DNA of 64,000 bases from Myxococcota bacterium. GTDB taxonomy: Bacteria; Myxococcota_A; SURF-8; G963663525. The stretch's first letter is position 1, and each line of letters begins with the position of its first letter. Location: assembly GCA_963676915.2 (NCBI GenBank), contig CAXXVK010000043.1, forward strand, positions 96,001 through 160,000. The letters are read 5' to 3'. Below the pieces are notes generated by a model, which ran no database searches, had not been told where the DNA came from, and saw nothing but the letters and a program-made list of their open reading frames with translations. The position numbers were made by a program, and so were the translations under genes. Of this stretch, positions 9,969 through 19,128 are shown in pieces.

Positions 9969-10295
9969 TTATTTCAGGATTTCCATCAGCTTCAGGGACA
10001 GGGGCAGGTTGCCCTGAACTTTCAGCTTCTGGGTTGCGTACAGGGTCATCGGGTTGGCGGTTTTGTCCATCATCGAAACGAAATCCGCTTCGGCCATGAT
10101 GATCGTGCAGTCAGCGTTGTCGACTTCACCGTCTTTGATGGAGCCGGGGGCGGCGGTCAGGTCCACGACCCATTTGCCACCATTGTCGCCACTGATGTCG
10201 AACTGGTACACGGCGTTGATGTTGCCGGCCAACTCGGGCTTGTTGTTCAGGTTTTCTTGAATTTTGTCAATCCAAAATTGGGCGCTCTCTGCCAT
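9969..10295 (-). CDS. Stand-alone SCP2 sterol/lipid-binding domain protein
   Basis: YQFDISG..GG.W.VD, ADCTI, NPM.L....KLKV.GN pattern; AAGGAGG RBS before the ATG at 10295. Confidence 0.88.
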   Translation of the reverse strand: MAESAQFWIDKIQENLNNKPELAGNINAVYQFDISGDNGGKWVVDLTAAPGSIKDGEVDNADCTIIMAEADFVSMMDKTANPMTLYATQKLKVQGNLPLSLKLMEILK

Positions 10296-10528
10296 GATAG
10301 CCTCCTTGAGGGATGAATATTGGGAACGAGTGAATGAGTCGTCATTCATACGGCGGAAAATCTAACACCCTCGACGCACAGTGTCAAGGGCAAAAAATCG
10401 TGAAAAGAAGGAGAGTTCGAGAGCTTTTACTCTGCGCCAGGTTCTCGATAAATCCTTCGGGATAATAATTCATCGTCAGAGGAAAAAACGCTTTCTTTGG
10501 ATGAATTTTGACAGGAAACGGTCAGGTT

Positions 10529-12079
10529 TTACATAGACTTTTCCTGAATCAATTTTTCCACGCCGAAAATCACACCTTCCGTATCGTAATAGACCACCTT
10601 CCAGCCGGGATGTTCCAACATATGGTTCCAACGTTCAGGAGGCATGGAACGTCTGGCTTGGTTGTAACGATAGACGAGATATTGGCCGTTTAGAGTTTCC
10701 CTCAGGGTTTTCGATGGATTGGGATCGTTGCCCATGATCAGCTTGAGATAGGCGCTGAAGCGTTTTGGGTCGTGGTACAGAAACAGGTTCGGGTCCAGGC
10801 CCGTGGCGTAAAAATTGTGTTGGTTGTTGTAGAACAGAAACGGAAAATCTCCCCAGTCCGAATTGACGACGAGGCTGTTTTCCTCGCTGTGGGTTTCCAG
10901 CCAGTGGGCTGCCAGTTGCAGACGTTGGTTGTCGAATCCTTCGGCTTTTTGTTTCGGCAGCCAAGAGGCGAAGTGAACCACTTGAATTCCGCAAAAGACT
11001 ACAAGTGCACCTGCCAGAACACCATAGATTTGGAGGCGGTTTTGGGGCTGTTTTTCGACGAGATGGGTCAGCAGATCACGGAGTATCAGCGCAGAGCCGA
11101 ATACCAGCAGAAAAGGATAGTACTCCAAAAAACGCCAACTATGGCATGTCGCGGCGAACATGACGACACCAATGGTCATCATCGCCAGGGTTTCGATTTT
11201 CAGATCATTTCTAATGCGAAAAACAGCAAGGATTCCCGCAAGATATATGCCGTGAAAGATCCATAGATGGTGTAGGAGTTCCACAGGATCGGTCGATTTC
11301 CACTCTCCACCCACTTTCAGATCGACCGGATTGCCGACCTTGAACAGCGTGTGGGTCAATAGGAATTCCAGACTCTGAGGAGTAAAGGGATTGATTACGA
11401 ATCCCGCCAGTACCGCCAGTCCGCAGAACACCAAAGGGCGAGTGTCGAAGCGTCGATGTTTGATTCCTATCGCCAGCGTAAAGGCCGCGCCGACAAGGAT
11501 GTTGATCAAGGCCAGTTGATAGGCCCAGGAGAAGAAAAACGATAGTATTGCCGCAGTCTTATAACGTTTCGATGCTAGGGCGAGAACGGTCAGTGTCACG
11601 AAAATCAAGGTCACGGATTGTGCGCGAGGAAGGAGCAGTCGGGCGGCGAAGACCTCCGAAGCGACCAGCGCTGTCGCCAGCCACAATCCGGCGAAACGGA
11701 CCTTCAACGCCAGGAAAGTGAATCCCAAACACGCCAGAGCTGCCAGTCCGAGGACCAAAGCTCCAAGGTTCGCGCCGAACATCAACTCGTCTCCGGGAGA
11801 CAGCCAGGCAAAGGGAATCAGCAAAAGGTGGAATAAGAAATGATGATCGGTGAATTTTTGCGCAAAATCGGTATGAAACAACCAGGGAAACTGATGAGAA
11901 AACCATCCGTGACCGACCATGTCCGCCAATCGGATGTGATACAGACCATCCACACCGAATAGTTTCATTTCGCAAAACTGTACAGAGCCAAGCCAGGCCG
12001 TCATCAGCAACAGCACGATCAGCACGCCGATTCGTTCGAAAGATTCAAGGCGGCTGTGAGGGTTGGCTGTCGAGTTCAT
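10529..12079 (-). CDS. Polytopic membrane protein, probable GT-C-type glycosyltransferase
   Basis: About 11-13 hydrophobic segments, D..YH loop after TM1, soluble C-terminal domain with W..F...FY; follows a GT2 and an epimerase gene. Confidence 0.6.
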   Translation of the reverse strand: MNSTANPHSRLESFERIGVLIVLLLMTAWLGSVQFCEMKLFGVDGLYHIRLADMVGHGWFSHQFPWLFHTDFAQKFTDHHFLFHLLLIPFAWLSPGDELMFGANLGALVLGLAALACLGFTFLALKVRFAGLWLATALVASEVFAARLLLPRAQSVTLIFVTLTVLALASKRYKTAAILSFFFSWAYQLALINILVGAAFTLAIGIKHRRFDTRPLVFCGLAVLAGFVINPFTPQSLEFLLTHTLFKVGNPVDLKVGGEWKSTDPVELLHHLWIFHGIYLAGILAVFRIRNDLKIETLAMMTIGVVMFAATCHSWRFLEYYPFLLVFGSALILRDLLTHLVEKQPQNRLQIYGVLAGALVVFCGIQVVHFASWLPKQKAEGFDNQRLQLAAHWLETHSEENSLVVNSDWGDFPFLFYNNQHNFYATGLDPNLFLYHDPKRFSAYLKLIMGNDPNPSKTLRETLNGQYLVYRYNQARRSMPPERWNHMLEHPGWKVVYYDTEGVIFGVEKLIQEKSM

Positions 12080-12083
12080 CGTA

Positions 12084-13004
12084 TCAAATCCGTTTTTTGC
12101 CGAAAACGGGAAGGAGCCGTAAAGGAGAAAGAGGCGTTCGTTTCAAATAACGCAGCATTTTCAGCGCGTCCCATTTGGATTTCAGCAGGACTTTCGCTTT
12201 TCCCTGCGAAGCATATTTGGCGAATTGGTGCATGTTGTAGGCAACATGCAGAGCGCCGAAAGGGGAGCACCAGAGCACGAGTGGTACATTTTTGAGCGCC
12301 GCCAGCTCCATGTTGCGTTGAATCAAGTACAGCACACGATCCGGCATCTTTTTCTGATTGGGCGAGCGTCTGTGATAGACCACGGCGGACGGCAGGTACA
12401 GCGTCCGGTATCCTTGCCCATAGGCGCGCAGGGAAAAGTCCACATCCTCATTGTTGAAATAGAACGCTTCGTCGAACAAGCCGATGCTCTCGAAAACCTC
12501 TCGTCGAAGCAGCATAGCTCCGCCCGTTGCCCCAAAAACCTCGAACGGCTGTTCTCCCGGATCGACGGGTTCGCCGATGCCGATCATCGTGGCTCGCAGC
12601 GATCCGTGAAAACGCATTCCTTTGCAATCGACGAAACGGCGGTCATCGTAACGTACCATCTGGCAGGAGAAAAGATCGTACTCGGGGTAACGTTTCGTTG
12701 CCTCGTCGAGTTCTGCAAGCAGGTCGGGATGAAATTCCGTGTCGGTATTGACCACGAACAGCCACTCGCCTTTGGCATGGCTTGCGGCGAGATTGTTGGT
12801 TTTGGCGAAGCCTCTGTGTCGTTCCAGTGCGAAAAGGCGCACGAATGGATAGTCCTCTCGGATCATCTCGGCGGTGCCATCTTTGGAACCGTCATCCACG
12901 AGAAGCACTTCGTAATCCGTAAAGGCCTGTTTTTTGATGGATTCCAGGCACTCTCGGGCAAATTCCCTTTCGTTCCAGGCGGCAAGCAGAATGGAAAAAC
13001 GCAT
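12084..13004 (-). CDS. Glycosyltransferase family 2
   Basis: SI...WN, VDDGSKDGT, GFA..NN, VNTD, GGAML, F...EDVD. Confidence 0.93.
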   Translation of the reverse strand: MRFSILLAAWNEREFARECLESIKKQAFTDYEVLLVDDGSKDGTAEMIREDYPFVRLFALERHRGFAKTNNLAASHAKGEWLFVVNTDTEFHPDLLAELDEATKRYPEYDLFSCQMVRYDDRRFVDCKGMRFHGSLRATMIGIGEPVDPGEQPFEVFGATGGAMLLRREVFESIGLFDEAFYFNNEDVDFSLRAYGQGYRTLYLPSAVVYHRRSPNQKKMPDRVLYLIQRNMELAALKNVPLVLWCSPFGALHVAYNMHQFAKYASQGKAKVLLKSKWDALKMLRYLKRTPLSPLRLLPVFGKKRI

Positions 13005-13066
13005 ACCGATACGTCCTCAAATGGCAGGAGGAATGAACATAAATGCGGGCGAGCGCACGTATTTTC

Positions 13067-14080
13067 TCAGAACATGCGCTCCGTCCAGGTTTTCGGGGTT
13101 TTCTCGTTGATGATTTCGATGTCCAGGTGATATTTGAACGGCCGCGTTCCCCGGTCGCGGATGTAGTCGATCATTTCCTGAAGTCCCTTGCGTAGCGTGT
13201 ATTTCGTTCCGTAACCTAGCAGTTTACGGGCTTTATTGGACGAACAGTTGGCGAGGAAAACCTCTTGCGGGCGGTCGGGCATGTATTTCGGTTCCAGTTT
13301 GAAGTCCAGTAAATCCGCAATGGTTTCGGCCAGTTCGTTGATGGTAACGAACTCCTCGTCCGGTCCGATGTTGATGGTTTCACCCACCACGTTTTCGTTC
13401 CAAGCCAGCGCGTTCAGGCAGTCCACTACGTCACCGATGAAGCTGAAGCAACGTTTCTGTGTGCCGTCGCCGTAAATGATCGGCTGGCGTCCTTGCAGCA
13501 TCAGATTGATCATGATTGCCGCCACGTTGCGGTAGGGATCGTCGTATTTTTGGTTGGGACCGATGATATTGTGCGGTACGGCGTTGACCCACTCGACCCC
13601 GTGGACTTCACAGAGGTTTTTCAGCAGGTTTTCCACGCAAACCTTGCCGATACCATAAGGATCTTGGGGTTTTGGCGTCAAATCCTCGTGGAAAGGAACA
13701 TCGTTCTCCCCATAGCGTGCCATGCTGGAGCAGTTGACGATACGTTTTACTTTGTTGACTACGCCTGCCGTGATGACGCCGGATGACGCTCCGACGATAT
13801 TCTGCGTCACGACGAAGGGGCTGAAGACGGACAATCCTTCGTAGGCAGTTGCCGCCGTGTGGAAGATGATGTCCACGCCCCGAGTGATTTTGATCATCGA
13901 ATTCAAGTAGTTGCAGTCGTATTGGTAAAATTCGACTTCGGCGGGCACATTGTCGAGATACCCGCCGATGAGGTTGTCACATCCCACCACATGATGTCCT
14001 TGGGCGATGAAATGTTTCGCCAGGTGGCTACCCATGAAACCGGCAACACCGGAAATGAAGATTTTTTTGCGTTCGCTCAT
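13067..14080 (-). CDS. NAD-dependent nucleotide-sugar epimerase/dehydratase
   Basis: GVAGFMG Rossmann motif, SS, YGIGK catalytic YxxxK, IYGDGTQKR. Confidence 0.93.
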   Translation of the reverse strand: MSERKKIFISGVAGFMGSHLAKHFIAQGHHVVGCDNLIGGYLDNVPAEVEFYQYDCNYLNSMIKITRGVDIIFHTAATAYEGLSVFSPFVVTQNIVGASSGVITAGVVNKVKRIVNCSSMARYGENDVPFHEDLTPKPQDPYGIGKVCVENLLKNLCEVHGVEWVNAVPHNIIGPNQKYDDPYRNVAAIMINLMLQGRQPIIYGDGTQKRCFSFIGDVVDCLNALAWNENVVGETINIGPDEEFVTINELAETIADLLDFKLEPKYMPDRPQEVFLANCSSNKARKLLGYGTKYTLRKGLQEMIDYIRDRGTRPFKYHLDIEIINEKTPKTWTERMF

Positions 14081-14275
14081 GATACCTGCTTTTTCCTGCG
14101 TGGCGTGGCATGGAAAGCCATACGAACCACCGGTGGATGTCGTTTTCCGATGCAAAAAGGTGAAAACGGCGGAAAATGTGCAACAAACACTGAAAGTTTA
14201 GCCTGTTCGCGGACCTAGCGTCAAGAATTGGTCGGTTCGTTTGGGGGTTCTATGCATTTTTCACGAGGAAAAGCC

Positions 14276-14304
14276 TTGTCAATCCGTTTGGGGATCGTTA
14301 CAAT
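14276..14304 (+). promoter_or_regulatory. Putative sigma70 promoter
   Basis: TTGTCA-N17-TACAAT, about 490 bp upstream of the RSH gene. Confidence 0.5.
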
Positions 14305-14793
14305 TTTTTTTAAGAGAAAGTTTCGGCCAGCCAAAAGGTTGATGACCTGCCGAAATGGATTCCAGGTCGACGTGAAGTAGATCTGGATGGGAGGACCGTG
14401 ACATGTTGAATCGGGGGGATCGCTCGGACAGGGGTGAGATTTTCTGTTGGTACGGAAAACTTATCATCTCTGCTGAAGTTTTGGAAATTGCAGGATTTTT
14501 TCGATCGGCGATTTCCGAAACTGTTGTCACGGCGTTTTCTTGTCCAGATGACGAATTTTACGTCGATACTTCTTCACAAGCCATTGCGAAGAAGATGTTT
14601 TTTGTTCCCCGGATTTGCGAGTGAAAATGTCTTATGATTTACGGTTGCGAAGGAAAGAAAAGAAAGCTACAATAGTATATTAAAAATCTTGTAGCAATGA
14701 ATCGGAAAAGTCGATTTCGTTTTTGTTACTTAGTTTCGGCGGTTTTCGCCACGCCACGGGGAATGCAGTACACGAGTTACAGGCAGGCTGGTA

Positions 14794-17043
14794 ATGATTG
14801 AACCTGTAGTTAAATCCGGCCCCGGAAAGGTGAAAATGGACAAGCGGCACTCTTTGCATGTCGATGGTATGTGGCCGGATACCTCCCAGAGCCGGACCAA
14901 GGAGGAGCACCGCAAGTACCTGGAGGAATGTACCCTCCTTCTTACGGAGAAATTTCTTTCATTCTATCCCAACCAAAGTATCGAACCGATTCTGAAAGCG
15001 ATTGAATTCGCGGACCGTCATCACCTGGGTCAGTTACGGCAGTCTGGGGCACCGTATATTTTTCATCCGTTGCAGGTATCGTACGAGTGCGCCAAGGCTG
15101 GATTGGACCGAAACTGTGTTGTTGCTGCTTTATTGCACGATACGATCGAAGATACCGACGCCACTCAGCAAACCATTACGGATCTATTTGGTGGCTATCT
15201 CGCCAAAACCGTGCATTCTCTGACCAAAATACGAAAAATTTCCAACAGCGATTATCATCGACAAGAAAGCCTGCTCAAAACCTACGAACGGATTCTGTCC
15301 TATTCCAGCAAAGATATCCGTCCGTTGATCATCAAAATTTTCGACCGCTTGTGCAATATGCGGGAAATGGCGCATATGTCGTCCAGTCACCAGGAACGCA
15401 AGTCCATGGAAACGCTGGATATTTACTCGCCGATCAGTCGTCGCCTCGGAATGCGCAGAGTTTCGGAAGAGATCACCAACCTTTGTTGCAGGTATCTGTT
15501 TCCAGGGGAATTCAAGCAGATCGAGGCTTCCATTGCGGAGCGCAAGCGGTTTTTAGGCTCCAAGGTCGAGACCACGATTCAGTTTATTCTCGACCACCTG
15601 GAGCAGGTTATCGAACAGCCCACCGTCGAGATCGTCTGGCCGACCGTTCAAAAATATTATCAAAACGGTCGGCTTTCTTCTGTCAGCGATCCTCTGCCCA
15701 GTCTCACGATTCTGATTGAGAACGTGATCGATCTCTATACGGCGCTTGGAATGCTGCACAATGTGTACATGCCGGTGCCGGGATCGTTGGTGGATCATGT
15801 TTCGAATCCGATGGCCAATGGATACCGGGCGCTTGAAACACAGATCGTTTTGGAAGGTGAAATCTACGAAGTCTCGCTGATGACACCGGAAATGTGGGAT
15901 GTCAACGAGCTGGGTATCGTTCACAACTGGAAGCACAATCAAAATCGCCTGTCCCGCTTCTATACCCGCTACATGAAGGAACTCGAAGATTTGACCCGTG
16001 AGGGCCATTTGCGGATGGATGAAATCGTCTCTCACTGCAAGGAAGACGAAATCGCCGTGTTTTCCCCGCAAAAAGACCCGTATCTTTTGCCGATGGGAAG
16101 CACGATTCTGGATTTCGCGTATCACGTTCACAGTCGGATCGGAGATCATGCGGTCGGTGGAATGATCGGCGGGGTTCGTTACCCCATCGACCACGAAATC
16201 AAACGTGGCGACGTGATTCAGGTCATTACCGATTCGAACAGTCAACCGAAAAGCCTGTGGCTCGATATCGTCCAGTCACCCAAGGCTACCCGTTTGATTC
16301 GGGCATCGTTGACGAGAATGCGCAAGCACCGTGCCAAAGAACTGGGTCGCAAGATGTTTTCGTCTGAAATCGCCAAGTTCGGCTTGGACCCGCAGGTGAT
16401 TATCAATAGTCAGACCTTTAGGGATATGTTGGAGCGAGAACAACTGAACGAGGAAGAGCTGTTCGGGCGGATCGGTTTTCGTGAAATCGGGTTGCATCAA
16501 TTGATTGAAGATTATCATCTTGCACCCAAAGAAAAGCTTACCCGCCAACGATTGATCGACATGCAATCGATTCGTGAAAAAATCTATTCCAATCTGAAAT
16601 CCAGTCCGCGAGAAAATTTCAGGATCGAAGATCCCGAAGATATTTTCATAACATACGCAACCTGTTGCAATCCCATTCCCGGTGATGCGGTGGTCGGCGT
16701 GATTCGTCCTGACAAAGGGGTGATTCTCCACCGGTCGAACTGCCGCAACCTCAATGGTGTGCCGAATCAGGAAAAACTCAATGTTTCCTGGGACATCAGC
16801 CAGCGAATCCACGGGGCGCTGCTTAATATTCATGTAACCAACACCAAGGGCATTCTGGCTCAGATTCTCGCCATCGTGGGAGAATCCGGGATGAATATCT
16901 CGAAACTCAATGCCAACGCAGAACAAAACGCGGGTTTTCTCAGTTTTGTGGTGGATGTTGCGTTTTTGTCCAAGCTGTTGCGCATCGTTAACAAAATTCG
17001 CAAGCTTGACGGCGTGGTTTCGGTAACGGCCACGCCGCAGTAG
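14794..17043 (+). CDS. Long RelA/SpoT homologue (HD-pseudoSYNTH-TGS-ZFD-ACT); synthetase motifs degenerate
   Basis: HD motifs R.SG.PY..HP, LLHDTIEDT, K..DRL.NMR; TGS DFAY.VHS..G; CCNPIPGD; C-terminal ACT. Start uncertain. Confidence 0.9.
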   Translation: MIEPVVKSGPGKVKMDKRHSLHVDGMWPDTSQSRTKEEHRKYLEECTLLLTEKFLSFYPNQSIEPILKAIEFADRHHLGQLRQSGAPYIFHPLQVSYECAKAGLDRNCVVAALLHDTIEDTDATQQTITDLFGGYLAKTVHSLTKIRKISNSDYHRQESLLKTYERILSYSSKDIRPLIIKIFDRLCNMREMAHMSSSHQERKSMETLDIYSPISRRLGMRRVSEEITNLCCRYLFPGEFKQIEASIAERKRFLGSKVETTIQFILDHLEQVIEQPTVEIVWPTVQKYYQNGRLSSVSDPLPSLTILIENVIDLYTALGMLHNVYMPVPGSLVDHVSNPMANGYRALETQIVLEGEIYEVSLMTPEMWDVNELGIVHNWKHNQNRLSRFYTRYMKELEDLTREGHLRMDEIVSHCKEDEIAVFSPQKDPYLLPMGSTILDFAYHVHSRIGDHAVGGMIGGVRYPIDHEIKRGDVIQVITDSNSQPKSLWLDIVQSPKATRLIRASLTRMRKHRAKELGRKMFSSEIAKFGLDPQVIINSQTFRDMLEREQLNEEELFGRIGFREIGLHQLIEDYHLAPKEKLTRQRLIDMQSIREKIYSNLKSSPRENFRIEDPEDIFITYATCCNPIPGDAVVGVIRPDKGVILHRSNCRNLNGVPNQEKLNVSWDISQRIHGALLNIHVTNTKGILAQILAIVGESGMNISKLNANAEQNAGFLSFVVDVAFLSKLLRIVNKIRKLDGVVSVTATPQ

Positions 17044-17047
17044 TTTT

Positions 17048-18709
17048 TTAGTGTTTTTTCCTGTTTTTACGGGAATGCAGCGGCAGAAGGCGGCCTTTTT
17101 CGGCTGTTTTTTGTAGATACTTTGTGAATTCAAGCAACCCGTCACCTGTTTTCGCCGAAAGATAGAATCCTTCCTCCTCGGCCATCAGCAACGGCCAGTC
17201 TTCCGTATCCAGCAGATCCACTTTGTTGTATAGCAGCAGTTTGGGGATATCCGACAAGCCCAGGCTGTCGAGAATCTCGGATACCGAGCGAACCTGACTG
17301 TTTCTGTCGGGCGAAGAGGCGTCCACGACGTGCAGCAGGAAATCGGCGTCGTGCAATTCTTCCAACGTGGCTCGAAAAGCCGTTTTCAACTCGTCGGGCA
17401 GATCGCGGATGAATCCCACGGTGTCGGTCAGCACGATTTCGCGTTCCTGGGGGAAACGAAGGCGTCGGCTGGAAGGATCGAGCGTGGCAAAATACTTGTT
17501 TTCGACGAAAACCGACGAGGCGGTCAACCGGTTGAGCAGGGTGGACTTGCCGACGTTAGTATATCCAACAAGAGCGGCCGTGGGGACGTTGCGCCGTTCT
17601 CTTCTCGCACGTTTGCGCTCCCGGCGCTGTGCCAGCAACTCGATTTCTTTTTCCAGGCGAGAGATGCGTTCCCGAACGCGGCGACGGTCGATTTCGAGTT
17701 TCTGTTCACCCGGTCCACGACCTCCGATACCACCCATCAGACGGGAAAGAGCCTTTCCATTGCGTCCCAGGCGGGGAAGCCGGTATTTCAACTGTGCCAG
17801 TTCGACTTGTAATTTTCCGTCGCGGGTCTGGGCATGGCGAGCGAAGACATCCAAAATCAGTTGGCTGCGGTCGATGACTTTGATGTCGCTGAATTCTCCG
17901 ATGGCACGGATTTGGGCCGGACCGAGCGTGGTTTCGAAAATCAACAGGTCCGCTTGATTCTGCATGGCGGTAAGCACGACCTGTTCGAGTTTTCCACGTC
18001 CAATGACGGTTTTCGGATCGAGTTTGGCCCTTTTTTGCCAAATGGTGTCGATGACTTCCACATCGGCGGCACGAGCCAACTCTTCCATCTCGGCCATTCG
18101 ATGCTCGATTTCACGGTTGGGTAGCGATCCCGCACCGATGAGCACCGCACGTTCCCGCTCGACAATGCCTTGCTTCGTTTTCGGCAAGGTGCGGCGGAAT
18201 TCTTCCTCCAATGCTTCGATCAGGGCGAGAAAATCTACCTGGAGCGCTTGAAAACGTTTTTCCGGGAAAACCTGAAAAATCTCCCCCTGGGGATTTTTCG
18301 GGATCAGGTGTGCCAGGTGGATCATCGAGGGTAGACCGCTGTTGTCCATCGTCAATGCCGCGACGCAATCCAGACGTAACAGGGCGAGGTCGGTAAGGTC
18401 GTCCTGGGTCAGGGGTTCTCCGGATAGATGCGTATGAACGAGCCGCAGGCCGCGAAAGCGACCGCGTCCGGCACGGTGTCGTCCAAGGTCGGGAAGATCC
18501 AGTTTGGAGGCGGTACCGACAATGACTTGATCGACATGACCCTTGCGGTCGATCAATAACCCGATCTGGCGTGATATATCGCTGGAAAGCTCGCATAGCG
18601 CTCGGGCAAGGTCGGGACCGATGAGTTCCGCCGGATTGCAGCGACGACGCTTGAGACGCTCGATTTGTTTGATTTGACTGGGTTTCAGCCCGCTGAGATG
18701 ACCGTGCAT
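17048..18709 (-). CDS. hflX: GTPase HflX with N-terminal extension
   Basis: GGIGGRGPGE, GYTNVGKS, FATLD, DTVGF, NKVD, SAKTG. Confidence 0.95.
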   Translation of the reverse strand: MHGHLSGLKPSQIKQIERLKRRRCNPAELIGPDLARALCELSSDISRQIGLLIDRKGHVDQVIVGTASKLDLPDLGRHRAGRGRFRGLRLVHTHLSGEPLTQDDLTDLALLRLDCVAALTMDNSGLPSMIHLAHLIPKNPQGEIFQVFPEKRFQALQVDFLALIEALEEEFRRTLPKTKQGIVERERAVLIGAGSLPNREIEHRMAEMEELARAADVEVIDTIWQKRAKLDPKTVIGRGKLEQVVLTAMQNQADLLIFETTLGPAQIRAIGEFSDIKVIDRSQLILDVFARHAQTRDGKLQVELAQLKYRLPRLGRNGKALSRLMGGIGGRGPGEQKLEIDRRRVRERISRLEKEIELLAQRRERKRARRERRNVPTAALVGYTNVGKSTLLNRLTASSVFVENKYFATLDPSSRRLRFPQEREIVLTDTVGFIRDLPDELKTAFRATLEELHDADFLLHVVDASSPDRNSQVRSVSEILDSLGLSDIPKLLLYNKVDLLDTEDWPLLMAEEEGFYLSAKTGDGLLEFTKYLQKTAEKGRLLPLHSRKNRKKH

Positions 18710-18800
18710 ACGTGTGCCGTTCCTGATGCAAAGCTATATTACGAATTCAAAATCACATGATCGGTCAAGCAAGTCAAGGTTATCTCAACAGGCTTGGAAA

Positions 18801-19002
18801 GGGTGCATCACAAAATAGTGCGACTTTCGTAAAATCCTCTTTTTTCGTAGCGGCGAGGCGTAAGCCCGCCGTTTTTACCTTTTGAAAGTTGCTTTTATGC
18901 CCCCAATCTCCCTTTTCGGCGGGCTTACGCCTCGCCGCTACAACCAAATGAATGAATGCTTCAATATTATTGGGCCTATTCGCACCATTTTGTGATGCAC
19001 CC
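18801..19002. mobile_element. MITE copy 1 (202 bp; 23-bp TIRs; 10-bp TSD; internal inverted REP doublet)
   Basis: TIR gggtgcatcacaaaat(a/g)gtgcga; flanked by direct repeat GGCTTGGAAA at 18791-18800 and 19003-19012; near-identical copy at 44369-44569. Confidence 0.88.
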
Positions 19003-19072
19003 GGCTTGGAAAAGGAATCATTGATGTGGAAATTGTCGAATTCCGTGTGGTTTGTTGACAAGCTGGAGCTAA

Positions 19073-19102
19073 AACAGCCGAGCGGCGGACCGCTCGGCTG
19101 TT
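19073..19102 (-). terminator. Probable terminator hairpin
   Basis: aacagccgagcgg-cgga-ccgctcggctgtt downstream of the 19129 stop; short T-tract on minus strand. Confidence 0.6.
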
Positions 19103-19128
19103 GAAATCGGTTGTTGTTTCGTATCACG

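Noticed and set aside
18780-19127. 115-aa ORF sharing sequence with ORF 44359-44946
   Set aside because: Both are translations of the MITE; no transposase motifs.
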